From a virus (Duplodnaviria; Heunggongvirae; Uroviricota; Caudoviricetes), in IMG/VR virus record IMGVR_UViG_2859657292_000001: a stretch of DNA of 64,000 bases; one strand, 5' to 3'. The first letter of the stretch is position 1. Every line of letters starts with the position of its first letter. Positions 27,364 to 37,476 of the stretch are shown here, piece after piece. The position numbers and the translations under genes are program-made. The notes under the pieces are model-generated. The model worked only from the letters and a program-made list of their open reading frames with translations, ran no database searches and was not told the origin of the DNA.

Positions 27364-27795
27364 ATGAACACCGATATCTACGAAAAAATCATGTCCGACC
27401 TGGAGTTCGACCGCGACAATCTGGAGGAAGTCTGGCGTCAGCAACCGCGCCTGTTGATGGAGTACGGCTCTAAGCTGGCGCGGGCAGAACGCGAAGTCGC
27501 AGATGCAAAACTCTCCCTCGATGCGATTGAGGCGAAAATCTACGACAATGAGCGTAAGAACCTGAGTATGAACGGCATTAAGTTCAATGAATCCGTACTG
27601 GAGGCGAAGGTTAGAACCAACCCGCAATACCTCGCGAAGCGCCAGAAACTCGACGATGCCCGGCACATTGCAGATCTGTACAAGCACGCTGTAGCCGCCT
27701 TCTCCCACCGCCGCGACATGATTGTCCAGGCGTCCAAAATGGCTATCGTGGAGATTGAACGTTTGGGCGCCGAACGTTTCCACTCTCCCCGTTAA
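27364..27795 (+). CDS. Hypothetical protein (143 aa)
   Basis: ORF with phage-like GC content, upstream of the SSB gene. Its position beside SSB is the only reason to suspect a recombination-mediator role. Confidence 0.4.
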   Translation: MNTDIYEKIMSDLEFDRDNLEEVWRQQPRLLMEYGSKLARAEREVADAKLSLDAIEAKIYDNERKNLSMNGIKFNESVLEAKVRTNPQYLAKRQKLDDARHIADLYKHAVAAFSHRRDMIVQASKMAIVEIERLGAERFHSPR

Positions 27796-27914
27796 TTTAT
27801 GCTAGATCGTAAGTAAGTACTGATCTATCATTCTTCTCGCTCGAAAGAGCCACGAATAAACGAACGCCCAACGCGCATAGCGCCAATGGCCACAATCACA
27901 ACAAGGAGAAATAC

Positions 27915-28943
27915 ATGTCTAAGTCATTACTTGATCTGCTTAACAAGACCCGTGGCGATATTGCTTCTAAACGTGGCAATAACGTTGATTTGACCCGTCT
28001 GAAAGACGGCAATAACTATCTGCGCATTTTTCCGAACAAGGACGACCCGAATGGCGTGTTCTTCCAGACTTTCGGTATGCACTACGTTAAGCATCAGAAT
28101 GAGGAAGGCAAAGATGTAACCACCGCCTACATCTGCGAACAGCACACCCACGGCCACGCTTGCCAGCTGTGTGAGATGGTTATGGAAGGTCGTGCTCGCT
28201 TTAAGGGCAACAAAGCGATGGAAGAGCGCATTAACAGTATGCGTGCTACACCTCGTTATCTGGTCAACGGTGTTCTGTCTGCGCGTGAAGACTTTGCGGA
28301 CGCAGAGAAATGCCAACTGATTGAGCTGCCGTCTACGGTCTTCGACGATATCTGCAAAGTGATGTCCGAAGATATTGCGGATGATATCGGCAACCCACTG
28401 AGCAAAGAAGAAGGCTATGCGTTCCTGATTAAGCGTACCGGTTCCGGTCGTGACACCAAGTACGACGTATCCCCGAAACGTAAAGTCTACAAAGGCGACA
28501 TTCCTGAGAAGCTCTGGACTACCCAACACGATCTGATCGCATACGCGAACCAGGCTGACGAAACCCGTCTGCTGTCTACGGCTCGCACTATGGGTCGTCT
28601 GATTGGTATCGCGGCTCCGGCAGCAACAATGTCCTCTCCGGCCATTTCTTCCGCTGCAAAATCAGCCGCTGCTGAACTGCCAGGTTTTGGCTCTATCACT
28701 GGTCATACGGAAGGCGCAGCCGCTGTCGCTACAGCACACACTCCGGCTCCAGAGTCCACCAGCCTGGTTGATGAAGAGATCCTGCGTGCCGCTGAAGCTG
28801 AGTTCAAACCGGAAACTAAACCGGAAGAAGTTAAAGCTCCGGAAGCCGCCGCAGCTGCAAGTGCTTCAGCATCAGCTGCCGCTGCATCTGAACCAGCTGA
28901 CGAAGGTCTCGACGACCTGCTGGCTGAACTGGACGCTCTGTAA
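27915..28943 (+). CDS. Single-stranded DNA-binding protein (T4 gp32-like)
   Basis: Cys/His cluster 'CEQHTHGHACQLC', an Ala-rich linker and an acidic C-terminal tail 'EGLDDLLAELDAL'. RBS 'aaggagaaatacATG'. Confidence 0.55.
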   Translation: MSKSLLDLLNKTRGDIASKRGNNVDLTRLKDGNNYLRIFPNKDDPNGVFFQTFGMHYVKHQNEEGKDVTTAYICEQHTHGHACQLCEMVMEGRARFKGNKAMEERINSMRATPRYLVNGVLSAREDFADAEKCQLIELPSTVFDDICKVMSEDIADDIGNPLSKEEGYAFLIKRTGSGRDTKYDVSPKRKVYKGDIPEKLWTTQHDLIAYANQADETRLLSTARTMGRLIGIAAPAATMSSPAISSAAKSAAAELPGFGSITGHTEGAAAVATAHTPAPESTSLVDEEILRAAEAEFKPETKPEEVKAPEAAAAASASASAAAASEPADEGLDDLLAELDAL

Positions 28944-28952
28944 TCCCATAAC

Positions 28953-29948
28953 GTGACCAGTAAGGCGTCTACGGACGCCTTACTTTTTGGAAGGAGTGTA
29001 CCGGTGAATTATCTCTTTGTGGACGGTAACAGCCTGGGCTATTACCACCAGCAATCCGACAAATTACACAACGGCGAGATGGAAGTTCAGGCGGCTTTTG
29101 GCTTCGTGAAGAACGTTCGTCGTTACGCCTCAATTCTCCATGCCCGGCCAATGATCTTGTGGGATGGATTCAGCGACAAACGTCGCGACTTCTACCTGGA
29201 GTACAAAGCGAATCGCGATGACGACCCGGATATGAAGAAGATGAAAGAAGGCTTCGACATCCAGAAGCCGTACATCTTGAAAATGATGACCGCGCTGGGC
29301 GTTAACCAACTCATTGCAAAGGACGCAGAAGCGGACGACCTGGCTGGAATGCTGGTCTCTCGCCTGGCTCCGCAGCCGACCGTCGATCACATCTACCTGC
29401 TGACGGGCGATGGCGACTGGCTCCAATTGGTTCGCGAGAATGTGAGCTGGGTAAGCCTGCGTGAAGATGCCAAGCACAAGCAGGTGAACTTCGAACAGTT
29501 CGCAGAGCTGACAGGTCTGCCAACACCACGCGCGTTTCTGGAAGCGAAAGCGTTGCAGGGCGATAACTCGGACAACATCAAAGGCGTCGGCGGCATTGGT
29601 GATGGTGGCGCGAAAGAGCTGCTTCATGAGTGGGGAAGCGTGGCCGCAATGGTACGCGGCATTAACGACGGCTCCATTGTCATCAATAAGGGTCGCTATA
29701 AGACGGCATTCAACAAGCTGGCAAAGAACGCCTTCAACGAGAAGACGGGCTGCCGGATGCTCGAAGCCTTTAAGCGCAACATGATGCTGATGAACCTTAT
29801 CGACACAAAATTCCCACCCAGCGAAATCGAGTCGATTAAAGGCGCACGCGACATGAATGCCTTCGAACAGATGTGTTACGAGCTGAATTTCCGGTCGTTC
29901 CTGGAAGATCTGGAAGTGTTTGTTCTGCCATTTGAGAGGTACTGCTGA
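28953..29948 (+). CDS. Flap endonuclease / 5'-3' exonuclease (T4 RNase H-like)
   Basis: 'SDKRRDFYLEYKANR' (cf. T4 Rnh 'SGYWRRDFAYYYKKNR'), 'EADDLAG' and 'LTGDGDWLQL'. Confidence 0.8.
   Translation: MTSKASTDALLFGRSVPVNYLFVDGNSLGYYHQQSDKLHNGEMEVQAAFGFVKNVRRYASILHARPMILWDGFSDKRRDFYLEYKANRDDDPDMKKMKEGFDIQKPYILKMMTALGVNQLIAKDAEADDLAGMLVSRLAPQPTVDHIYLLTGDGDWLQLVRENVSWVSLREDAKHKQVNFEQFAELTGLPTPRAFLEAKALQGDNSDNIKGVGGIGDGGAKELLHEWGSVAAMVRGINDGSIVINKGRYKTAFNKLAKNAFNEKTGCRMLEAFKRNMMLMNLIDTKFPPSEIESIKGARDMNAFEQMCYELNFRSFLEDLEVFVLPFERYC
28959..28988 (+). terminator. Terminator hairpin gtaaGGCGTCtacgGACGCCttac followed by a T-run
   Basis: The same stem family recurs at 31299..31326 and 32437..32462. Confidence 0.5.
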
Positions 29949-30214
29949 TGCTTAAATCCATCATTAATGGCGGGGCAACTACGCCAACCATGCTGGCTAA
30001 AGAGATTGTCTTCTGCCACGGCGAGCACGCTGTGGTGGCGCTGCCGAACATTCTGGGCGCTGCTGGCATTTCTGCTACTGAGCGTGAGTTCGCGCTGGTC
30101 AGCGAGCAGGTCGTGAAGATCATCGCTCGCGTCGCCAAACACCTGAATCACGACGCAATCAAGTTTGACGAAGCTGCTGCTTCGAAGCGAATCAACGAAT
30201 CAAAAGGAGCCTAA
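29948..30214 (+). CDS. Hypothetical protein (88 aa)
   Basis: ORF track; coupled to its neighbours. Confidence 0.35.
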   Translation: MLKSIINGGATTPTMLAKEIVFCHGEHAVVALPNILGAAGISATEREFALVSEQVVKIIARVAKHLNHDAIKFDEAAASKRINESKGA

Positions 30215-30216
30215 TC

Positions 30217-31293
30217 ATGGCAAAAGGCAAATCCGCATTGGCACTGGCGCTGAAAAAGAAAATCGGCAGTAATGACGAGATCCAAAAGGTCTCCCACTGG
30301 ATTGATTCCGGTTTCCCGCCACTGAACAAAGCTATTTCAGGTCGTTATGACGGTGGCTTCCCATCAGGGCGTATCGTTGAGATTTTCGGGCCACCAAGCG
30401 CCGGTAAAACCTTTTTGGCGACGGCTGCGATGGTATCAGCACAGAAACAGGATGGTCTGGCCGTGTTCCTTGACCACGAAAACAGTTTCGACGTTGGTCT
30501 GGCGGTAGCGAACGGACTGAACGCCGACGAAGACGACGGTCAGTGGGTTTACAAACAGCCGGATACCTTCGAAGACTCGGTAGAGCTGATCGGCACAATC
30601 CTCAAACTGGTACGCGACGAAGAGCTTATCCCGGAAACAGCCCCTATCTGCATCGTTGCCGACTCTCTGGCGTCGATGGTTCCGAACTCGAAGGCTGAGA
30701 AGTTCGACAAGATGGCAGAAGGCACTGCGAAGGACAAAGATCAGCTGAACATGAACGACAACACGGCGCTGGCGCGCGCGACTAGTGCGAACTTCCCTAC
30801 TCTGGCGCTTTGGGCGCGTAAGTACAACGCGTGCATCATCTTCTTGAACCAGGTACGTACCAAAATTGGCGTGATGTTTGGCGATCCGACTACGTCTCCG
30901 GGTGGCGACTCTCCGAAGTTCTACGCGTCGGTGCGCATTCGTCTGGGCGCATCCGTTATGAAAGATGGCAAAGAGAAGATCGGACAGGACGTTGGCGCCG
31001 AGTGCATTAAAAACAAAGTCGCACCTCCGTTTGGCAAATGCTCATGGAAATTCTACTTCGACCCGACTCGCGGGCTGGACGTCATCGAATCGCTGGTTGA
31101 GTACATGCTGGAGGAAGGATACCTGCCCAAGAACGCCAGCGGACGTGTGGAAATTGGCGATAAGAAATACACCAAATCGCAGATCGTCGAGATGTACCGC
31201 GAGAAGCCACTTCCGGAAATCATCGCAGCACTCCAGGCGATAGACGAACGGCGAGCGAAAGAGTCGTCCCCAGCAGAGACAGAAGAAGCGTAA
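30217..31293 (+). CDS. RecA/UvsX-family recombinase
   Basis: Walker A 'GRIVEIFGPPSAGKTFLA' and the RecA core; 358 aa. Confidence 0.75.
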   Translation: MAKGKSALALALKKKIGSNDEIQKVSHWIDSGFPPLNKAISGRYDGGFPSGRIVEIFGPPSAGKTFLATAAMVSAQKQDGLAVFLDHENSFDVGLAVANGLNADEDDGQWVYKQPDTFEDSVELIGTILKLVRDEELIPETAPICIVADSLASMVPNSKAEKFDKMAEGTAKDKDQLNMNDNTALARATSANFPTLALWARKYNACIIFLNQVRTKIGVMFGDPTTSPGGDSPKFYASVRIRLGASVMKDGKEKIGQDVGAECIKNKVAPPFGKCSWKFYFDPTRGLDVIESLVEYMLEEGYLPKNASGRVEIGDKKYTKSQIVEMYREKPLPEIIAALQAIDERRAKESSPAETEEA

Positions 31294-31298
31294 TCACA

Positions 31299-31326
31299 AG
31301 GCGTCCGTTGGACGCCTTTTTTATAC
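31299..31326 (+). terminator. Terminator hairpin GGCGTCC-gttg-GGACGCC followed by TTTTTT
   Basis: Perfect 7-bp GC stem followed by a T-run. Confidence 0.6.
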
Positions 31327-31384
31327 TTGAAAATATATAAGTACTTACTTATCATTTCTACACCAAAACGACAAAAGGAAACAC

Positions 31385-31585
31385 ATGATCAAGGGTTATC
31401 TCATGGCTGTTTCAGCGGTGATATCAGTCTTCTTTATCTACGGTTTACTGGTTCCATCGCTTATCTCAGCTAAAAGCGATCTGGCCTTATTTATCGGACT
31501 TGCCATCGCTGTAGTCTTCCCGGTTGCCTTGTTAAAAGCTGGCCGCAGGTATATCAACTCACTCAATAAAACTAAGGAGATGTAA
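31385..31585 (+). CDS. Small membrane protein (66 aa)
   Basis: Two hydrophobic segments; RBS 'aaaggaaacacATG'. Confidence 0.35.
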   Translation: MIKGYLMAVSAVISVFFIYGLLVPSLISAKSDLALFIGLAIAVVFPVALLKAGRRYINSLNKTKEM

Positions 31586-31588
31586 GTA

Positions 31589-32419
31589 ATGAAGAAAGGT
31601 TTACTGGCGGTGGCTTTGGCTGCTATTTGCACAATGGGTCTGACCGGCTGCGATCGCGTGGAACCGGGATACGTTGGCATTAAGGTAAACAAATTGGGTG
31701 AAGACAAAGGTATCGGTGAAGTTGTCGGCGTTGGCCGTCAGTGGACTGGTCTGAATACCGAGCTGTACACTTTCCCCACTTTCAAACAGATGAAAACCTA
31801 CGATGAGCCGTTCACATTCCAGATGAGCGACGGTACAGCCATCGGCCACAAAATTGGTGTGGCATATCTGGTTAATCGCGACAAAGTAACTACAGTATTC
31901 CAGACCTATCGCAAAGGTGTTGATGACATTACCGACACTGATCTGCGCCAGAAGATTGCGGACTCACTGAACCGTCTGGCCAGCCGCATGACTACCGACA
32001 CGTTCATCGACGGTGGCAAGGCGTCTCTGCTCGACAATGCGCTGAAAGACATTCAGGCAGAAATGTCACCGGTAGGTATTGAGGTTATTAGCCTGTCATG
32101 GGTGGGCAAACCAGACTACCCGGACACTGTCATCGAATCTATCAATGCCAAAGTGACCGCGAACCAGAAAACGCTCCAGCGCCAGCAGGAAGTTGAGCAG
32201 CGCAAGGCAGAAGCGAACATGCTGCGTGAACAAGCCGAAGGTGAAGCCGACGCTATCCGCAAGCGTGCTCAAGCAGAAGCTGATGCCATCAAGTTGCGCG
32301 GTGAAGCATTACGTCAGAACCCGAACGTCATGGAGCTGGAAGCCATCAACAAATGGAATGGTCAGTTGCCTCAGTACATGACTGAAGGGGCTAATACTCC
32401 GTTTATCGCGTTGAAGTAA
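31589..32419 (+). CDS. SPFH/band-7 (prohibitin/HflC-like) domain lipoprotein
   Basis: Lipobox 'LTGC', then an SPFH-like core followed by a coiled-coil 'QRQQEVEQRKAEANMLREQAEGEADAIRKRAQAEADAIK'. Confidence 0.6.
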   Translation: MKKGLLAVALAAICTMGLTGCDRVEPGYVGIKVNKLGEDKGIGEVVGVGRQWTGLNTELYTFPTFKQMKTYDEPFTFQMSDGTAIGHKIGVAYLVNRDKVTTVFQTYRKGVDDITDTDLRQKIADSLNRLASRMTTDTFIDGGKASLLDNALKDIQAEMSPVGIEVISLSWVGKPDYPDTVIESINAKVTANQKTLQRQQEVEQRKAEANMLREQAEGEADAIRKRAQAEADAIKLRGEALRQNPNVMELEAINKWNGQLPQYMTEGANTPFIALK

Positions 32420-32436
32420 CAGCCTTTTCAAAGATA

Positions 32437-32462
32437 CGGCGTCCACTTGGACGCCTTTTTTA
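32437..32462 (+). terminator. Terminator hairpin GGCGTCC-acttg-GGACGCC followed by TTTTTT
   Basis: Same stem family as 31299..31326. Confidence 0.6.
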
Positions 32463-32581
32463 TTTCCGTATTATCACCAACAAGAAAACAAATTGGTTAC
32501 TAATACGGAATTACCATCCGTAGAAGTACAAAGTGACAACGCCACATAGTTGTTCGGCAACGGATGAGAAGGAGATCGGGA

Positions 32582-32953
32582 ATGAAAAATTACAGCGAGA
32601 TGACGGACTTTGAGATTAACTGCCTAGTCGCGGAAGCCACCGGCCATCGACCGCTTATCTCACAATATGGCTGGAAAGGCTCACAGGAAGGCGATTACAC
32701 CGCAGTAGTCGCCATCGGCCCGAACGGAGCCGGAACCTTCGACTGGTGTAACGATCCGGAAGATGCGTGGGACATTATTTACCGACACAGAATCGGCGTA
32801 ATCCCCGCCAGACAGCCAGGTGAGTGGAGAGCGGCCCACAGAAAGGTGGATAGCTCAACGCCACAACATCTGATCCAGAACCCTAACCCTTTCAGAGCGG
32901 CAATGACCGTGTTCCTTTTAATGCAGGAGAAAAAGCGTGAAGAAACTGTATGA
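32582..32953 (+). CDS. Hypothetical protein (123 aa)
   Basis: Start chosen at 'aggagatcgggaATG', downstream of an AAACAAATTGG motif. Confidence 0.35.
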   Translation: MKNYSEMTDFEINCLVAEATGHRPLISQYGWKGSQEGDYTAVVAIGPNGAGTFDWCNDPEDAWDIIYRHRIGVIPARQPGEWRAAHRKVDSSTPQHLIQNPNPFRAAMTVFLLMQEKKREETV

Positions 32954-33347
32954 CGCGGCCAACGCTGCGCTGGATGTCGTGGATACCGAAATTGCCCAGG
33001 GCTTCCCGGAGCCAGAATGGGCGACGCAGCTGCGTGAGGCAATTGCAGAGATGAACTCACCGGAACCTTCAGAAGATGAAGCCGACTGGCAGCGTTTCAT
33101 CAGAATGTACGCGGAAGAGATTGGCCCGACGCCAACCGCTGAACAGGCCATGCTGCTCAAGTACTTCAAGGAGGCTGGAGAGAATCTGCCGGTTGATGAT
33201 ACACCGCACTGGTTTCACGCCGCCTGGCGTAAGTTCGACGTGATCTACACCCGCGGTCTGGGAAGCAAAGATATGGTCGTCTGGCATCTGATGCACATTG
33301 ATAAAGCTGTAGACCGCACGCTGGAGAAGTTCTTTCCTCCAGCCTGA
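32937..33347 (+). CDS. Hypothetical protein (136 aa)
   Basis: ORF track. Confidence 0.4.
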   Translation: MKKLYDAANAALDVVDTEIAQGFPEPEWATQLREAIAEMNSPEPSEDEADWQRFIRMYAEEIGPTPTAEQAMLLKYFKEAGENLPVDDTPHWFHAAWRKFDVIYTRGLGSKDMVVWHLMHIDKAVDRTLEKFFPPA

Positions 33348-33415
33348 ACACAATGATTGTGCGCCGCATGGCGCACATTAATATAAATAAGTACTTACCA
33401 ACAAGGAGAAATCAC

Positions 33416-33691
33416 ATGAAGATTTTGGTTCGCATTTCAGCCAGCACCGACTATGACGTTTACCCGTTGTTCATGGTCAAGAGTGATGGGCTGAACGATG
33501 AAGAAATTCAATCGGCAATTGAGCGCAATCTCGTTGAGTACACTGGCATGGATGCAGATTCTGTGTATGTCGATGATGACGGTGTTTGTTGGCACAACGG
33601 TAGTTGCTGGTACGTCGACGACACGATGCCGGTAAGCGATGAAGACGCGGCTCATCTTGAGCGTATCTTAGGCATCAGCACTTTTGAGTGA
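33416..33691 (+). CDS. Hypothetical protein (91 aa, internal Met of the listed ORF)
   Basis: RBS 'aaggagaaatcacATG'. Confidence 0.35.
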   Translation: MKILVRISASTDYDVYPLFMVKSDGLNDEEIQSAIERNLVEYTGMDADSVYVDDDGVCWHNGSCWYVDDTMPVSDEDAAHLERILGISTFE

Positions 33692-33731
33692 TATTTACAG
33701 CAAAAAATGTATAAGTTAGTATCTACCTATC

Positions 33732-33911
33732 ATGAAAACTGTATTAGACACTTTATTACTTATTGTCTCGATAGCTTTTGTGCTCGATTGCATCTTCACC
33801 GGAGCAATCCGTAAGGCGCTGGCGCCTGTTAATGGCGCGATGGTTAATGCGCTGGCCGTAGTGCTAGTATTCGACTCAGCATTCGGCGTTATCAAAGGAG
33901 TCGTGGCATGA
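33732..33911 (+). CDS. Small hydrophobic protein (59 aa), unlisted in the ORF track
   Basis: MKTVLDTLLLIVSIAFVLDCIFTG...; its stop overlaps the next gene's ATG. Confidence 0.3.
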   Translation: MKTVLDTLLLIVSIAFVLDCIFTGAIRKALAPVNGAMVNALAVVLVFDSAFGVIKGVVA

Positions 33912-34243
33912 AGAAACTAGCCCTGGCTCTGGCGCTGCTCTCCCTCCCTGTATACGCGGACACGCACGTCTATGAGTGTGAGATGTCAGTGGCCGAAGTG
34001 AAAAACGACGTGATCCGCAATGTCGTCAAAGCCAGCTACGGCGCGATGGTTGTGGACAGCGGCGAACAGTTTTATGTTGTGCGCGATGATCGCGTCCTGT
34101 CTTCCCCCTATCTCACCAAACGTAACGGCAAACTGTCTGGCGTGGGTGAAGATAAGTTCGTTTACAACAAATCAGGTGATGTCTACGGCGTTCACGCGAA
34201 GAACGCCAGCTACCTTTTCGATGACTGCAAGGAGGTTGGTTGA
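33908..34243 (+). CDS. Secreted protein (111 aa) with a signal peptide
   Basis: MKKLALALALLSLPVYA signal peptide. Confidence 0.4.
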   Translation: MKKLALALALLSLPVYADTHVYECEMSVAEVKNDVIRNVVKASYGAMVVDSGEQFYVVRDDRVLSSPYLTKRNGKLSGVGEDKFVYNKSGDVYGVHAKNASYLFDDCKEVG

Positions 34244-34455
34244 TGGCGGTTACACTGGCAGGTCTGGAAATCGAAAAAACAAGCGGCTACTGGCGTGCCA
34301 AAGGGTTTAAGCAACCCGGCGTGCTGGAGCGACTGGAACGTGAGGACGGTGTCATTGTCCACCAGCGTCGCGAATGGCGCATGTACGATCCGGAAACAGG
34401 TAAGCTCACGACGAAGGCCGGGACACTCTGGGGTCTGCTGAAGAAAATCCACTGA
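34240..34455 (+). CDS. Hypothetical protein (71 aa)
   Basis: ORF track; coupled to the upstream gene. Confidence 0.3.
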   Translation: MMAVTLAGLEIEKTSGYWRAKGFKQPGVLERLEREDGVIVHQRREWRMYDPETGKLTTKAGTLWGLLKKIH

Positions 34456-34461
34456 CAACCC

Positions 34462-35020
34462 TAACCACTGCGGTGAGTAGCCAGCTCACCGCGTGCGTAT
34501 CCGGCCCATAACCACTGTAGTGAGTAAAACGCCTGCCGTGACATCCGGTATCCACTGTAGTGAGTAAAGTGGCGATTATCGACGTCGCTATCCACTGTAG
34601 GGAGTAAACAGGCGTTCATCCGCAGCAAACAACCACTATAGAGAGTGATGGAATGCGTTCTCCAGCGGGTATCCACTATGGAGAGTAAACCTTCACTGTT
34701 TTCAGCGGATATCTACTCACTACAGTGGTTAGCAAATCCGGCCAACCGATTCTGCTCTCCACAGTGGATAACCAATAACGACGGGAACAACGATAACCAC
34801 TATAGAGAGTGGATTTAACAAGATACCCAGTGACCACTAACCTCGCAGCCCTTGTTTCATCTGGGTTTGTAACCACTAACATTTATTTCGTTATTTGAGC
34901 GCTACTACCTACAGTGGTTACTCTTCGGTTGTTGTTACTCACTACAGTGGATAGCGGATTTCAGATAAACAAAAGGCTCACTACAGTGGATAGTGAGCCT
35001 TTCTACTCTCTACAGTGGTT
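34462..35020. repeat. Iteron array of about 13 copies of a 15-19 bp unit (consensus (A/T)(A/T)CCACTGTAGTGAGTA) in both orientations, downstream of repA; incA-like copy-control locus
   Basis: Visible repeats include aaCCACTGTAGTGAGTAaa, atCCACTGTAGGGAGTAaa, aaCCACTATAGAGAGTG and tACTCACTACAGTGGtt. Spacing is irregular. Confidence 0.75.
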
Positions 35021-35023
35021 GGG

Positions 35024-36088
35024 CTATTTGCGAGCTTTTGCCTTGCGTAGCTCTTCGAGAATCGCCAGTTCTTCCTTGCTCAACATGACCATCTCACCGT
35101 CTTTTTCTTCAGGAACAACATCGATGATGTCCTCCTGATCATCACCAGGCAAGCTATCTTCCTGCTCTTCTGGTTCTTCCGGCGCAGCTTTAGCTGGTGG
35201 CAATGCCGGGCGTAACTTCGGCCGCCTATAGTGGATGATGAAGTAGACCGAGCTGCCGCGCTTCACTTCGGTGTAATCGAGATAGCCGATCTCCCGCAGC
35301 TGCTCCATCGCCTTCCTGACTGTCGCGTTCTGGGTAATGGTGCGGCTGGTTAAGTTAAGTCTGGCGCGTAAGCGAGCCAACGAGATTGGTGCCGGGTCAG
35401 GTGGCAAACTTTCGATGAAGGTGTAGAGCGCCTGCGCGGATTCTTTTCTGGAGAGTTCGTTAATTGCCCGGAGTTGCAGAAGAACCTTTTTGTCGAACTG
35501 GTAAAGTTCGAAAATCTTAGGATCAGCCTGCAGCGAGACCGTGTCGTTCTTTGTGCTGTACTTTGCTGTCTGCACAAGGTGCGTCACGTAATACTCATCA
35601 GAGCCTTTACTGCGGAATGAGATAGTGTTTGTGGCAATACGAGTTAGAGAACTGTCCAGGCGCTTGCGTAACTTCGCGGACGATCTGGCCGTTGGTATGC
35701 CACAGAGCCTGACGAACTCGACGAACGGTAATGTGACAGTGTCGCCAACAACCTTGTGCTTGGCGAACGCGTGGATGATGCCTACCCACGTTTTGAAGTC
35801 GTTATCCATATCCAGACGAACGCCGGAGATCCTTATGTCCTCGTACCCTTCGGCTTTGGCCAGAGACAGCTGTTTGAGTTCAGCAGAGGCGTCCATAGAG
35901 ACCATTTGCCCCTTTCTGCCCCTGGCGGTCGATTTCAGCGTCGGAACGAAGAGACCAAGACGCATCAGAGCAACGGGCTGAACTGTGTTGTTGGTGTTAG
36001 GAACTAACGTAACAACTTCACCGGTCTTTTTGTCTGTTTCTGAGAATGCTTCAACGATCGCTATGTTTTTATTGCCGTTTTCGCTCAT
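35024..36088 (-). CDS. repA: Plasmid replication initiator RepA (RepFIB/P1 RepA family)
   Basis: A 354-aa initiator flanked on both sides by iterons. Acidic C-terminal tail. RBS 'aagagatacttggaATG' on the minus strand. Confidence 0.8.
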   Translation of the reverse strand: MSENGNKNIAIVEAFSETDKKTGEVVTLVPNTNNTVQPVALMRLGLFVPTLKSTARGRKGQMVSMDASAELKQLSLAKAEGYEDIRISGVRLDMDNDFKTWVGIIHAFAKHKVVGDTVTLPFVEFVRLCGIPTARSSAKLRKRLDSSLTRIATNTISFRSKGSDEYYVTHLVQTAKYSTKNDTVSLQADPKIFELYQFDKKVLLQLRAINELSRKESAQALYTFIESLPPDPAPISLARLRARLNLTSRTITQNATVRKAMEQLREIGYLDYTEVKRGSSVYFIIHYRRPKLRPALPPAKAAPEEPEEQEDSLPGDDQEDIIDVVPEEKDGEMVMLSKEELAILEELRKAKARK

Positions 36089-36099
36089 TCCAAGTATCT

Positions 36100-36380
36100 C
36101 TTTTTATTCGACCGCTTTGGTGGCCTTTACTGATTACAGTGGATAGTAGCACTCATCGCAGCGGTTATCCTACCGCCTATAGTGGTTTTTCTACTCTCTA
36201 CAGTGGTTGGTTTACTCTTCATAGTGGCTGATCTTCTCTCTATAGTGGATATCGATCCCCTCTAAAGCCATGTGTCACAACGGTTTGCGGGGTGCGGGGA
36301 TCTTTTTGGGTCTTTGTGGGTCTCTTTGGTTCTCTTTGGGATCTGAATTACTGGATCGGGCCTGTGTATAAAAATCAGGT
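36100..36380. repeat. Origin-like module upstream of repA: five iterons (36131..36252) followed by a GATC-rich direct-repeat block (GGATCT and GGGTCTnTTTGG repeats)
   Basis: The iteron core CTACAGTGG / CATAGTGG is repeated. GATCT occurs several times within 36296..36360. Confidence 0.65.
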
Positions 36381-36524
36381 AATTGCAAAACCAGCTATCA
36401 CTCCCCTTCTGGGGATAATGTGTGGTCGAAACAAACACGCCTGAACGCAAAACTTCCAACATCTCTATGAATATCAGCCACCTGCGTAGAAAAACAGGCA
36501 CTGAGTTATCCAGTAAAGACAATG

Positions 36525-36770
36525 TCTCCTACTCACTACAGTGGATACCCACCACTCTCCAGAGAGGTTGTTTTGCTCTTCATAGCGGTTATTATGCTCT
36601 CTACAGAGGTTACTTTCCTCCCCATAGTGGATAGTAACCCCCTCTCAGGCCAGTAACCGCAACGGCTGGAGACGATCGGGGATCTCTTTTGATCTTCTGT
36701 AGGATCTCTCTGGGGATCTAATTATTGGATCGGTCCTGTGAATAATGGGTATAAGTAAAACAGGCATTTG
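36525..36770. repeat. Second, duplicated origin-like module (iterons 36531..36635 plus a GATC-rich block 36674..36760)
   Basis: Near-copy of the 36100..36380 organisation. For example 'ggggatctcttttgatcttctgtaggatctctctggggatctaattattggatcggtcctgtg' closely matches 36296..36365. Confidence 0.55.
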
Positions 36771-36831
36771 CAAACATCGGTGCGCCTTGTCAGTTATCGT
36801 TGCCCCGGACAAAACTATTTGAATAAGAATT

Positions 36832-37476
36832 ATGGATCTCAAACGCACGCGCTGGGTTCGCCGTCTTGAAGATGGCTCCTACACCATTGAATCGAACACT
36901 AGCCTGAACAAACAGAAGTTGCTCTGCGACCTGTGCGGCATTGCGTCGAAGTGCCCGATTAACGAAACCAGGCTCAAACTCCACGACGCCGGTGCGCACT
37001 TCCACCTGAACAGCTGCATACGTTACGTGCCACTGCTGGCATTTCGTAAACCGATCATCGGATTAGACGCTCCCTACTTCAACACACTCCGCTCTGGTGT
37101 AACATGGCGAGACCGTGTCGAACCTGGCAAGCTCGTTTGTCTGGTTGAGGCTGATACTGGAAATATCATCCGGTTCGGGAGAGTCGATAAGGTCTACTCC
37201 GGCCCGGTGGATGAGATGCTGCGGAAACACAGCCGGTTTAACCATCTCTGCATGGGTGGAGAGAAGATCGAGAAGGTTGGCGAAGTGATCCGCAAATCCT
37301 ACGGACACTTCCTGAACGACGACAGCCTTCTTACGGCCATCTACATTCGCCATGTCGATCGGGAGTTCGATACGGAGTATCACAGTGCTGAAGAGTTGAA
37401 TCTTGTCGACCCTCGCCCAAAAGCTGGGGTAATCGACATCAGCGTAGCGCGTCAGAAGCCCCCTGAGACGTTTTAA
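36832..37476 (+). CDS. Hypothetical protein (214 aa)
   Basis: ORF track. Confidence 0.4.
   Translation: MDLKRTRWVRRLEDGSYTIESNTSLNKQKLLCDLCGIASKCPINETRLKLHDAGAHFHLNSCIRYVPLLAFRKPIIGLDAPYFNTLRSGVTWRDRVEPGKLVCLVEADTGNIIRFGRVDKVYSGPVDEMLRKHSRFNHLCMGGEKIEKVGEVIRKSYGHFLNDDSLLTAIYIRHVDREFDTEYHSAEELNLVDPRPKAGVIDISVARQKPPETF

Noticed and set aside
27238-27783. N-terminal 182 aa of the listed 489-aa minus-strand ORF
   Set aside because: It overlaps the + strand gene 27364..27795 and the GC shifts back to phage-like. A good RBS and Met at 27237 define the AT-rich gene.
34462-36650. Possible CRISPR array
   Set aside because: The repeats are iterons. They have variable sequence and orientation and irregular spacing, and they flank a plasmid repA gene. 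No cas genes are present.
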